From contig NC_016803.1 in NCBI RefSeq assembly GCF_000189295.2, positions 2,730,001-2,762,000 of the forward strand: a stretch of DNA of 32,000 nucleotides, read 5' to 3'. Made by a program: the position numbers and the translations under genes. The notes under the pieces were generated by a model, which saw nothing but the letters and a program-made list of their open reading frames with translations, was not told where the DNA came from and made no database searches. The number at the start of each line of letters is the position of its first letter. Within the stretch, counting starts at the first letter, position 1. Of the stretch, positions 14,440 through 22,034 are shown in pieces. The DNA is from Pseudodesulfovibrio mercurii. Lineage in GTDB: Bacteria > Desulfobacterota > Desulfovibrionia > Desulfovibrionales > Desulfovibrionaceae.

Positions 14440-16011
14440 TCAGCCCGCCGGGGGACGGGCGGGTGGTTTCGCCGCTCTCGCCCGCCGGTTCTGTTCGTCC
14501 AGCCAGTTGAGGACATACGCCCAGCAGCGGGGGCTGGGTTCGCCGTTGTGGCGCAGGAAGAGCTGGCCGACGTGGGCGTTGCCCCTGCCTCCCCGCAGCT
14601 CCAGGGTGGCCCGTTGCGGGTAGAGGACGCGATAGATGGTGCACAGTCCCGCCTCCACCAGGTCCGCGTAGTTCCAGACGCAGTGATCCTGCCACCGGCC
14701 CTCCTCCAGGAGCTCCTCCGGCGTCCGTATGGGGATGATGACGCCGTCGCTCATGTAGGGCGGCCGGGGAAAGACGGTTCCCCACCGGCCCCGGTTCTCC
14801 CGGAACCAGGCCATCCGCCGGACCGCGTTCGCCCAGCGGGCGTGCAGGTGTTGCAGGGCCTGCACGGTCGGGCAGGCCCGGACGACCTGTCCGGCGTCCT
14901 GGATGCCCAGGCTTTTGCCCAGGCCGACCGTGTCCATGTATTCCCCTCGGACCAGGCTGAGGGGCCGGGGAGAGGGTTCCGGAGCCAGGAAGCGCCGCTT
15001 GAGGAATTTTGCGGCCAGGATGTCGTAGCGCCCGTCCAACTCGCCGAGCCGGTCCAGGTCGATGACCGGATAGTGGCGCAGCTGCCCCACCGCCTCGGCA
15101 TTGCACAGGAGCCGTTCCGCGTCCCGGAACGTGGCGCTGTCGTAGCTGTGGCTGCGGGTTTTCCTGAGCAGGGCGGGCGTGACCCCGGTCCCGTCGCCGA
15201 AGAGCAGGCGGATGAGCGCGGTCTGCTTCATCTTCAGCAGATCGGGTATGTCCCCGGTCAAGCGGCGATTGCGGACCAGCCGGGCGGCGACGAGCCAGAG
15301 CAGGGTGGGATTGCTTGTCGCCAGCTGCACCGCGTAGTCGGTCCGGCGCATCATCCGGAGGATGGTGAACTGCCGCCATGTGAATTGCCCGGCCGCCTCC
15401 CTGACGTGGGCCGGAATGGGGCGCAGGAAGTCCTCCAGCCATTGCGCCTGTGGGACCGGCAGCCCGTGCAGGCCGAGCAGCGGCAGGTCCGGGTCCCGCT
15501 CGTCGCGCCACCAGCCCCAGAACGGGGCCGTCGCCTGTCGCCGGGGCGCGGGGGCGTCGGAATTCGGCCGCCGGGACCAGCCGTGCAGGCGCCCCCAGCG
15601 TTCGAACATCAGCCCGTCGGCCCAGGAGGTGATCCGGGCGACGCCGTCCGTTTCGGAGCGGAGATGCAGATATTCCGGTTGGTGCCTGTGGCGGAAGAGA
15701 CGGATGATTCCTTTGTGCATGGCGCCTTGTGCGGGGTTGTTCCGGCTCGGGCGGAAGGGCGCGGCAAACCGGGTGTGTGATGGAGACGGGCAGGAGGGGA
15801 TGGGCGCGGCGTCGGCGGGCGCATCCGCCGCTCCGCATCGGATGGCGAGGCGTTCGCGCCCCCCGAAGCCGTGGCCGGGGAAGCCGTCGCCGTTTTCGGT
15901 CAGAGGGAGCCGGGCGGTCCCCGGCGGGGTTGCCGTGGGTTCGGCCTCCCGCTCCGGTTCCACGGGCGAGTCGAGGGCCTTTTGCCGGGAGCAGAGGGTA
16001 ATGAACAGCAT
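14440..16011 (-). CDS. PcfJ-like domain protein
   Basis: ATG 16011 has GGAG 8 nt upstream; an alternative start is ATG 15720. The C-terminal block PEELLEEGRWQDHCVWNYADLVEAGLCTIYRVL...ATLEL resembles the PcfJ-like EGxxMxHCV core. The 774-aa form in the track runs through the upstream genes. Confidence 0.7.
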   Translation of the reverse strand: MLFITLCSRQKALDSPVEPEREAEPTATPPGTARLPLTENGDGFPGHGFGGRERLAIRCGAADAPADAAPIPSCPSPSHTRFAAPFRPSRNNPAQGAMHKGIIRLFRHRHQPEYLHLRSETDGVARITSWADGLMFERWGRLHGWSRRPNSDAPAPRRQATAPFWGWWRDERDPDLPLLGLHGLPVPQAQWLEDFLRPIPAHVREAAGQFTWRQFTILRMMRRTDYAVQLATSNPTLLWLVAARLVRNRRLTGDIPDLLKMKQTALIRLLFGDGTGVTPALLRKTRSHSYDSATFRDAERLLCNAEAVGQLRHYPVIDLDRLGELDGRYDILAAKFLKRRFLAPEPSPRPLSLVRGEYMDTVGLGKSLGIQDAGQVVRACPTVQALQHLHARWANAVRRMAWFRENRGRWGTVFPRPPYMSDGVIIPIRTPEELLEEGRWQDHCVWNYADLVEAGLCTIYRVLYPQRATLELRGGRGNAHVGQLFLRHNGEPSPRCWAYVLNWLDEQNRRARAAKPPARPPAG

Positions 16012-16052
16012 GGCATGATCTCCAGGTACGCCGGGGTCGGAGTCCCGGCGGT

Positions 16053-16559
16053 TCAAGGTTGTCGTCCCCGGCGGGCCGCAACGCGGTCCTCCCGTCCTTC
16101 GCGCGCGGCCAGCCGGTCGAGCAGGCCCGAGAGGTGCTCCCGCAATTCGGCGTTGATCCGCAGCCGCCGCCGGGCCGCGGCCGCATACTTCGCCGTCCGC
16201 TCCCGTTTGGCCGCATCCATCCAGAAGGGCAGCCATTTCGCGCCCGGGGACCCTTCCGGCCGGGGCGGGTCCAGGGCCGCGATGAGGTGTCGGACCTCGC
16301 CGACGAGTTGGCAGCGGAGTTCGCCGACGTCCGAAACGGCCTTCCGGCCTTGCTTCAGGTCCGTCATGCGGCCGTCCAGTTCCCTGCGCAGGAGGTCGAG
16401 GCGTTCGATGCCTTCGGCCACCTCGTCCGAGGTCCGGGCCTGCGCGTCCAGGAGACGGGCCGAGCGGAGCACGCCCGCGTCCTCTTCCCGTCCCTCGTGA
16501 ACGACCACGAGGCCGAGGAGGAGGGAGAGGGAAACGGCCAGGATGGTCAGGGCCTTCAT
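16053..16559 (-). CDS. secreted or membrane-anchored coiled-coil protein, paralogue of 3832..4320
   Basis: 168 aa with an AGGAGG RBS and the signal/anchor MKALTILAVSLSLLLGLVVV. It carries KWLPFWMDAAKRER (16197..16238) at the same residue position (108-121) as its paralogue. Its ATG overlaps the stop of the transglycosylase gene. Confidence 0.8.
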   Translation of the reverse strand: MKALTILAVSLSLLLGLVVVHEGREEDAGVLRSARLLDAQARTSDEVAEGIERLDLLRRELDGRMTDLKQGRKAVSDVGELRCQLVGEVRHLIAALDPPRPEGSPGAKWLPFWMDAAKRERTAKYAAAARRRLRINAELREHLSGLLDRLAAREGREDRVAARRGRQP

Positions 16560-17164
16560 GGCCTGTCCTCCTGCCGCAGCAGGCGGTGGAACTCCCGGAA
16601 CACCCGCCGGATATGCCGCCGGGTCTCAAGCGGGTAGTCGCGTTCGCCCCTGCGGACGTGGGTGGGTCCCCAGTTGTAGCCCGCCAGGGCGAGGGCCGGG
16701 TCCTTGAATTCCACGAGCAGTTCCTTAAGGTAGCGGGTTCCGCCGAAGATGTTCTGGCTCGCATCCCACGGGTTCTCGACGCCCAGGTATTCGGCCGTCG
16801 CGGGCGTGAGCTGCATCAGCCCCATGGCGTTGGCCGGGGCCGGGGACTTGGCCCGCGGGTTGAAGTCGGACTCCACCTTGATCACGGCCTCGATGAATCG
16901 GGGATGGACGCGATATTTCCGGGCGGCCGCGCGGATGATCGGGCGATACCGGGCCGCTGCGTCCCGTTCGGGTTTCGCGGCGACGGGCCTGATGGCGCGC
17001 GGCTTGCGGGCCTCCTTGCCCACGGTCATGTTCCGGATGAAGGCCGTGCAGTCCCGGATCTCCAGCAACCAGTCCGCCCGGGCCGACGTCGGGAAGACGA
17101 TCAGCAGCGCGACGAGCAGCGCGAAGGCCGTCCAGCCTGTCCTGTGGTGCGTGTTGTCTGTCAT
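16556..17164 (-). CDS. lytic transglycosylase (SLT domain) with an N-terminal signal/anchor
   Basis: 202 aa with a CAGGAG RBS. It shows the SLT signature IKVESDFNPRAKSPAPANAMGLMQLTPATAEYLG ... AGYNWG and the N-terminal hydrophobic segment WTAFALLVALLIVFPTSARA. Confidence 0.9.
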   Translation of the reverse strand: MTDNTHHRTGWTAFALLVALLIVFPTSARADWLLEIRDCTAFIRNMTVGKEARKPRAIRPVAAKPERDAAARYRPIIRAAARKYRVHPRFIEAVIKVESDFNPRAKSPAPANAMGLMQLTPATAEYLGVENPWDASQNIFGGTRYLKELLVEFKDPALALAGYNWGPTHVRRGERDYPLETRRHIRRVFREFHRLLRQEDRP

Positions 17165-17216
17165 TGGAAGCTCCTGTTGTTTTCGACGCCGTCTCGCATC
17201 CCGTCGGTTCCGGTTG

Positions 17217-17672
17217 TCAGCGGGCGGTTCCCGGCCGCTCCTCCTGGAGCGCCTCGACGATGTTCGTCAGCTTTTCGGCCAGGCTCTCCACGGCTTCGGC
17301 GTCCCCGCCGGTTTCGGCATCCCCGGTCCCGCCGACAAATCCGCTGCCGGTTGCGCCGTCGGGGGCCGTCTCCACGGAGGGCCGGGAGGCCATGTCCCGC
17401 GACTCGCCCTTCGGCGGCGCGGCTTGGCCGCCTTCGTCGGCGACCGCCGGGGCCGGGCCGGCCGCAACGGCCTTTTCGGTCCGCTGCGGGGTCAGATGCC
17501 GCTCCAGCGCCTCCAGTCCGCGCTCCAGCCCTTCCTTGTATGCCGCGTCCACCCGCTGCGCGAATTCGCGGGCGAAGCGCAGGGTGTTCGGGTAGCGGTC
17601 GGCGTTGGTCCGGAGGAAGCCGAACAGGTGGATGCCCAGGGCCAGGATGATGACGAAGTGGATGAGGCGCAT
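17217..17672 (-). CDS. small membrane-anchored protein with an acidic, low-complexity C-terminal half
   Basis: ATG 17672 is preceded by GGGAGGG at 8 nt. The N-terminal TM segment is MRLIHFVIILALGIHLFGF. The 582-aa ORF in the track is an upstream artefact. Confidence 0.65.
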   Translation of the reverse strand: MRLIHFVIILALGIHLFGFLRTNADRYPNTLRFAREFAQRVDAAYKEGLERGLEALERHLTPQRTEKAVAAGPAPAVADEGGQAAPPKGESRDMASRPSVETAPDGATGSGFVGGTGDAETGGDAEAVESLAEKLTNIVEALQEERPGTAR

Positions 17673-17686
17673 GTCGGTTGCCCTCC

Positions 17687-18598
17687 CTATCCGAGTTGAA
17701 TGGTGATGTTCACCCGCCTGCGGGACCCGTTCCGGAACCGGAGGTCGCGGAGCTCCATGGCCAGGGAGGCGCCGGACCGCCGGTACCAGCCGGAGATCGA
17801 GTCCACGTCGCGGGTGGCGATGCCGTCCCGGCCGAGGGCGTCCTCCACGGCGCCGGCGATGTAGTGGTCCACGTTCATGGGCAGCAGCAGGGCGACCCTG
17901 TAGCGGCCGGGACCGTGCTCCCGCCGGGCCTGTTCGAGGTAGGGCTCGACCCATGCCTCGCCCTCCAGGAAGCGGGACTTCGGGCTCATGCCCGAGAGAC
18001 TCCGCAGGGGCTCGAGACGTCCGGCCCGGATGTCGAGCAGGGCCACCAGGCTGTCCGTGTTCAGGTTGACCACGCCGAAGCGCCCGCCGATCCTCCGCAT
18101 GGCGGCGATGTATTCGCCGGAGGCGAGGTGCATGGAGGTGTCGATGGCGATGTTCGGGAAGGTGCCGATGCGCTCGCCGTGGCTGCCCAGCGCCCGTTTG
18201 CCCTTTTCGGCCAGCTGTTGCCGGAAGGCGTAGGTGTGCGCTCCGGACTTGGCCGCGTCCTCGTGCCGCTCGCGCTCCGTGCGCCGCGTCGTCTTCGGCG
18301 GGGGCGGCGTCTTCGGCGTCCGGGCGGTGGCCACGGCGGGGGCCGTCGCCTTGGCCGGGGCCTTGGCTTCGGACTTGGTCGCGGTCCGGGGCTTGTCCGC
18401 CTTGACCGTGACGAAACGGACCTTTATCCGGGTCTCGGACGGCTCGGTGCGCGGCTCCTCCCTTTTGACCGGGGCGTCTTCGGGAAGGGGCCCCCCGGCC
18501 GGATGAGGCGGAGCGAACGGCAGGGCGACGATGCCGAAGACCACCGCCCCGGTGAGCATGAAGCCGAACCCCTTCAGCCATTTCCTGAGGTTTTTCAT
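17687..18598 (-). CDS. TonB-topology protein: N-terminal TM anchor, Pro/Lys/Ala/Thr-rich spacer, ~180-aa C-terminal domain of unknown family
   Basis: 303 aa with an AAGGAGAGG RBS. The anchor is GFGFMLTGAVVFGIVALPF and the spacer is PPHPAGGPLPEDAPVKREEPRTEP...KAPAKATAPAVATARTPKTPPPPKTT. The C-terminal domain lacks the short TonB C-terminal pattern. The gene lies immediately downstream of the ExbB/ExbD-like genes. Confidence 0.8.
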   Translation of the reverse strand: MKNLRKWLKGFGFMLTGAVVFGIVALPFAPPHPAGGPLPEDAPVKREEPRTEPSETRIKVRFVTVKADKPRTATKSEAKAPAKATAPAVATARTPKTPPPPKTTRRTERERHEDAAKSGAHTYAFRQQLAEKGKRALGSHGERIGTFPNIAIDTSMHLASGEYIAAMRRIGGRFGVVNLNTDSLVALLDIRAGRLEPLRSLSGMSPKSRFLEGEAWVEPYLEQARREHGPGRYRVALLLPMNVDHYIAGAVEDALGRDGIATRDVDSISGWYRRSGASLAMELRDLRFRNGSRRRVNITIQLG

Positions 18599-18622
18599 AG
18601 CGCCTCTCCTTGTCCCTCGGGG

Positions 18623-19081
18623 TTATTGCGTTTCTTCGTAAACGAAGGTGAAGGACTGGACCTCGCCCTGGCGGCAGGCCCGGATGACCTTCATGATGGT
18701 TCCGTTGGTGACCAGGTTGTCGGCGCGGATGGCGACCTCCCGGACCTTTTCCTCGCGCAGCGCGTCCGGAAGCCGGTCCATGGGCACCTTGCGTTCGCCG
18801 AGGAAACAGTCGGCGGCGCCGTCCGTCATGGTGATGGATATCCTGGTTTCCGGAGGCTGCGCGGCCTCGCTTTCTCCCTGCCGCCGCATCTGGGTCAGAT
18901 CCACCTGGGGCAGCGTTTTTTCCTGCATCATGGCCCCGTTGGCCAGGATCATGATGAAGCTGCACATGAAGATCAGCGAAAGGACGAATCCTATCTCCGA
19001 AAGGGATACGGGCATGGCCGGGATGTCGTCGGGCAGGCTCTGCCGTATCCTGGCCGTTGCCGTTCTCGCGCTGGCGGTCAT
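18623..19081 (-). CDS. ExbD/TolR-family biopolymer transport protein
   Basis: 152 aa. Its ATG overlaps the stop of the upstream gene (ATGA). It has a single TM (LSEIGFVLSLIFMCSFIMILA) and a periplasmic domain ISITMTDGAADCFLGERKVPMDRL...VAIRADNLVTNGTIMKVIRACRQGEVQSFTF, which is typical of ExbD. Confidence 0.8.
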   Translation of the reverse strand: MTASARTATARIRQSLPDDIPAMPVSLSEIGFVLSLIFMCSFIMILANGAMMQEKTLPQVDLTQMRRQGESEAAQPPETRISITMTDGAADCFLGERKVPMDRLPDALREEKVREVAIRADNLVTNGTIMKVIRACRQGEVQSFTFVYEETQ

Positions 19082-19686
19082 GACTGGCGCTCCTTGGGGT
19101 TGCAGGCGGAGTTGAGCAGCAGCTTGGCGATGGTGGCGACGATGAAGAGTATGATGCCGAAGATCGTGGAGCCCAGCGCCACGCCGATCTGCAGCGCCAT
19201 GCCGGAGAATGCCTTGACCAGCCCGGCGCTGAAGTCGATGGAGGTGAAGGTGTCCTGCATGGCGATGAAGGTCCCGAGCAGCCCCGCGTTGGGGGCCGTG
19301 CACAGGATCACCGTGTACAGGGCGGGCCACGCCGGGGTGTCGCAGGCCCCCCGCAGGTGCCGGATGTCCCGGATGACGAGGTATGCCAGCAGGAGGGCCA
19401 GGGGGTAGAGCAGGATCCCGACCACGCCGACCCTGCGGAACATGGTCTCCAGGATGTCCACGTGTCTGGCGGCCTCCATGATCCGGGGACCGGCCAGGAT
19501 GTAGCCCGCGGTGAGCAGGGCCCCGACGAGCATGGCCGCGGAGTAGTATCTCCAGTGGGAGACGAGGTCGGTCTTCCAGCTCGTCCTCGCCTGGGCCGCG
19601 ATCCGCGCTTTCCTCGGTTCCGGGACGCGCTCCCGGTACACCCCGGCGGGTGCTGCTTCCTTTCGGATATCGTTTGCGTTGTTCAT
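19078..19686 (-). CDS. MotA/TolQ/ExbB-family proton-channel protein
   Basis: 202 aa with an AGGAGG RBS and three hydrophobic segments. It shows the family signature APNAGLLGTFIAMQDTF ... ALGSTIFGIILFIVATI. Confidence 0.8.
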   Translation of the reverse strand: MNNANDIRKEAAPAGVYRERVPEPRKARIAAQARTSWKTDLVSHWRYYSAAMLVGALLTAGYILAGPRIMEAARHVDILETMFRRVGVVGILLYPLALLLAYLVIRDIRHLRGACDTPAWPALYTVILCTAPNAGLLGTFIAMQDTFTSIDFSAGLVKAFSGMALQIGVALGSTIFGIILFIVATIAKLLLNSACNPKERQS

Positions 19687-19695
19687 GTCGTCCTC

Positions 19696-20070
19696 CTAGT
19701 CGTCCATGTGGAAGGTTCTGCCCACGAAGAAGGCCTCGGGCGATATCTCGACCCCCTTGGTCTTCAGAAATCCCATGAGGATTTCGGATGCGAACAGGTC
19801 CGGGTCGCCGCTGGTGGAGGCGTCGCCGTAGAACGTGTCGCCCACCTCGCCCACTGCGGAGAGCTGCATTTCCAGGCGGATCATCTCCAGCGTGTGACGG
19901 TTCCGGGTTGCCGCCGGGGTGTCGCGCAGGCCGTCCACGATGACCGTGACGGTGGCCTGGTGGTATTCCCGCCGCCACTTGTCCTTCCACCAGCCTTCGT
20001 CTGCCAGGGCCGAGGTTGCGATCAGGGCGGCGAACAGGGCCAGGATGATGGTGATGCAAGTCTTTTTCAT
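19696..20070 (-). CDS. small secreted protein (124 aa)
   Basis: AAGGAGG RBS and signal peptide MKKTCITIILALFAALIATSALA. No domain was recognised. Confidence 0.75.
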   Translation of the reverse strand: MKKTCITIILALFAALIATSALADEGWWKDKWRREYHQATVTVIVDGLRDTPAATRNRHTLEMIRLEMQLSAVGEVGDTFYGDASTSGDPDLFASEILMGFLKTKGVEISPEAFFVGRTFHMDD

Positions 20071-20082
20071 GGCGTCCTCCTT

Positions 20083-21021
20083 CTAGTACCGGTGTTCATT
20101 CTTCAGAATCTTGTCGAACGTGGCGTCGTATGCGCCCGCGTCGGCGTCGCCGTCATCCTGGGCGGTCCTGTCCTGGGTGACGAGTTCCAGGGTGTTCCGG
20201 CGTTCCTCGACGCCGTCGTAGAAGGCCAGGGGCGCCTTGCGGATTCCGGCGCTCTTCTTGGCGAGCACGGAATTCTTGAGGCCCAGGACGTTGAGCAGTT
20301 CCTCGATGGTGACCATCTTCAGGTAGACCTTCTCGAGCCCGAGCAGCCGCTTGATGCTGAACATCTGGGCGCAGATAAGCTCATAGTTCTTGCGGGTGGA
20401 CTCGATCTCGTCGGCGTTCATGTGGCCCGCGCTCTTGGAGTAGGTCCGATTGGCGCGGTAGATCAGGGCGATGGTCTTCTTGATGGCCCCCAGCTGCGCC
20501 TGGTCGATGCCCTTCACGTTTTCGTACTTTTCCAGGCGGCTCAGGACCATCGCCGAGGAGTGGATGCGGTCCAGGAACCGGTTGCGGTACGCATCCAGGG
20601 CCCGGCTGTCCTGATTGTTCCCCTGGTGCTGCCGGATCTCCCGGGCCAGCTGGTCGAAGATGGGAACAAAGGTCTGGAGGCTGCCGATGTAGGCGTCCAC
20701 CTCGCGGATGGACACGTTGTTCACGTGGGCGCTCTGGGCGATGATGTCCGCGCCGATGGCCTTGGCCCTCAGCGGGTCGTTCTCGTTCTTGTATTCCTCG
20801 GCCAGCCGCTTGAGATCCTCCTCGGCCGCGTGGCGTTCCTGGACGATGGCGCTGATCTTTTCGTCCAGGGCGTCGAATCCCTGGTCCAGGCGCTGCATGA
20901 GGTTCTTGATGACGTGGCCGCTGACTTCGGAGGCAACGGCGATCTGTCCGAACAGGAGCAGCGCGCCGAGGCTCAGAACCATCGTCAAGACCAGCGTTTT
21001 CGGTTGGGTGCGAATTTCCAT
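20083..21021 (-). CDS. secreted or anchored helical protein (312 aa)
   Basis: AAGGAG RBS and N-terminal hydrophobic segment LVLTMVLSLGALLLFGQIAVA. The protein is long and helical and has lower GC than its neighbours. Its position upstream of ExbB resembles the periplasmic coiled-coil partners seen in some TonB-type clusters (inference). Confidence 0.85.
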   Translation of the reverse strand: MEIRTQPKTLVLTMVLSLGALLLFGQIAVASEVSGHVIKNLMQRLDQGFDALDEKISAIVQERHAAEEDLKRLAEEYKNENDPLRAKAIGADIIAQSAHVNNVSIREVDAYIGSLQTFVPIFDQLAREIRQHQGNNQDSRALDAYRNRFLDRIHSSAMVLSRLEKYENVKGIDQAQLGAIKKTIALIYRANRTYSKSAGHMNADEIESTRKNYELICAQMFSIKRLLGLEKVYLKMVTIEELLNVLGLKNSVLAKKSAGIRKAPLAFYDGVEERRNTLELVTQDRTAQDDGDADAGAYDATFDKILKNEHRY

Positions 21022-21042
21022 GGTGTACTCCTTCTGGCCGGC

Positions 21043-21618
21043 CTAGCGGTCGAACAGTTCTCGGGTTTCCGCCGGATGAGCATTGGGTTGGTAGGGACGG
21101 CCCGCCGCCAGGTCGCCGATGGCCAGCAACACGCGCTCCTCACGGTTCAACTCGGACCGGGCGATGGGATCCAGGGAGCGGTCGATCTCCTCCAGGAGCT
21201 TGGCCGCCTCGGGACCCCGGCCGAGCCTGAGCAGCATGTCCGCCCTTGCGAAGAGGCAGCTGCGGCCGAACCGGCTGCCGGGCTTGGCCAGCCGCTGCGC
21301 CATGTCGAACAGGCGTTCGGCGTTGTCGTAGCGGCCTTCCCTCGAGACCTTCAGGGCGCGGGCGATGATCTGTTCCGGCCTGGCCGGATCGACGCCCAGC
21401 TCCGCCGAGGTGAGGAGGACCTCGTCGATCTCGACGTCCTTGCTTACCTCGATGGGTTCGGACTGGTCCTTGACCACCACGGGCGCCATGGGCGCGACCG
21501 GGGGCTGGGCGCGTTGTCCGAGGGAGTTGTTGAAGGCGGTGCAGCCGCTGAGCATGATGCCCGCAGCCAGGATGACGCCGGTCAGGGCCATCATTCGAAC
21601 GATGCGTTTACTTCTCAT
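21043..21618 (-). CDS. lipoprotein with a TPR-like helical C-terminal half
   Basis: AGGAGG RBS and a signal peptide with the lipobox LSGC (MRSKRIVRMMALTGVILAAGIMLSGC). It is the first gene after the sigma54 promoter. Confidence 0.85.
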   Translation of the reverse strand: MRSKRIVRMMALTGVILAAGIMLSGCTAFNNSLGQRAQPPVAPMAPVVVKDQSEPIEVSKDVEIDEVLLTSAELGVDPARPEQIIARALKVSREGRYDNAERLFDMAQRLAKPGSRFGRSCLFARADMLLRLGRGPEAAKLLEEIDRSLDPIARSELNREERVLLAIGDLAAGRPYQPNAHPAETRELFDR

Positions 21619-21644
21619 GGAATCCTCCTGTTTTCCCCTCGTTG

Positions 21645-21660
21645 AGCAGGAGGCGTGCCA
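21645..21660 (-). promoter_or_regulatory. sigma54 promoter (TGGCACGcctcCTGCT)
   Basis: On the minus strand the -24 half (TGGCACG) is perfect, the spacing is exact and -12 reads CTGCT. It lies 27 nt upstream of ATG 21618, with AGGAGG in between. An AT-rich tract (21664..21713) lies immediately upstream. Confidence 0.8.
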
Positions 21661-21828
21661 AGGTTTTGGCTACATTGTACATACTGATTTTATTGCCTTA
21701 TTTTTTTAAATTGGCCGAACGGCGAGGCGTCCCGTGACGATGCAGGGCCCGGGACTCTCACACGCCCGGCGACGGCCTCACACATGTCCGCCCGGCTGCG
21801 ATTGGCGTGCTTTCGCCTCCGCTTACCC

Positions 21829-21856
21829 GGCGCGGTTCGAGTGGCGCGGTTTGAGT
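21829..21856. repeat. tandem 14-nt direct repeat GGCGCGGTT(C/T)GAGT x2, plus a partial third copy
   Basis: Read directly: ggcgcggttcgagt (21829..21842) and ggcgcggtttgagt (21843..21856), followed by ggggcgg. It lies about 170-210 bp upstream of the sigma54 promoter at 21660. Confidence 0.8.
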
Positions 21857-21955
21857 GGGGCGGAGCTGCGGATGGGGCATCGGGAGGCGGCGGGGCCGCC
21901 CGGCGCATGCGGCCGTCCAGTGCGCTGCCCGTGTCGGGGATCGCGCCGCCAAAGG

Positions 21956-21991
21956 GGATGTGGCGTCGTGCATCGGCACGGCGCCACATCC
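21956..21991 (-). terminator. strong hairpin downstream of the 22035 gene (terminator candidate)
   Basis: GGATGTGGCG (21956..21965) pairs with CGCCACATCC (21982..21991) as a 10-bp perfect stem, and an inner GTGC/GCAC pair extends it. On the minus strand only CCUUUGG follows, so the U-tract is weak. It lies 44 nt after the stop at 22035. Confidence 0.45.
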
Positions 21992-22034
21992 TGAGGAGAG
22001 GGGGAGGGGAAAGACCGCCTAGGGGCCGGTGAGG

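Noticed and set aside
14440-16764. N-terminally extended versions of real genes in the ORF track: 14440..16764, 17217..18965, 18623..20059, 27968..29284, 29281..30627, 4687..5259, 3488..3997, 22511..23305
   Set aside because: The extensions run through upstream genes or lack an RBS. Internal ATG or GTG codons with strong RBSs, often overlapping the upstream stop as ATGA or GTGA, give sensible signal peptides or domain starts.
16053-17164. Prophage lysis cassette (endolysin + spanin)
   Set aside because: The window contains no holin, no embedded o-spanin frame that I could see, and no phage structural or replication genes. A second paralogue of the coiled-coil protein sits elsewhere without a lysin.
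17687-19686. Ordinary TonB-ExbB-ExbD iron-uptake system
   Set aside because: There is no TonB-dependent receptor, Fur-box-like context or siderophore genes. The TonB-position protein has a non-TonB C-terminal domain, and the operon is sigma54-driven and includes SLT and PcfJ-like genes.
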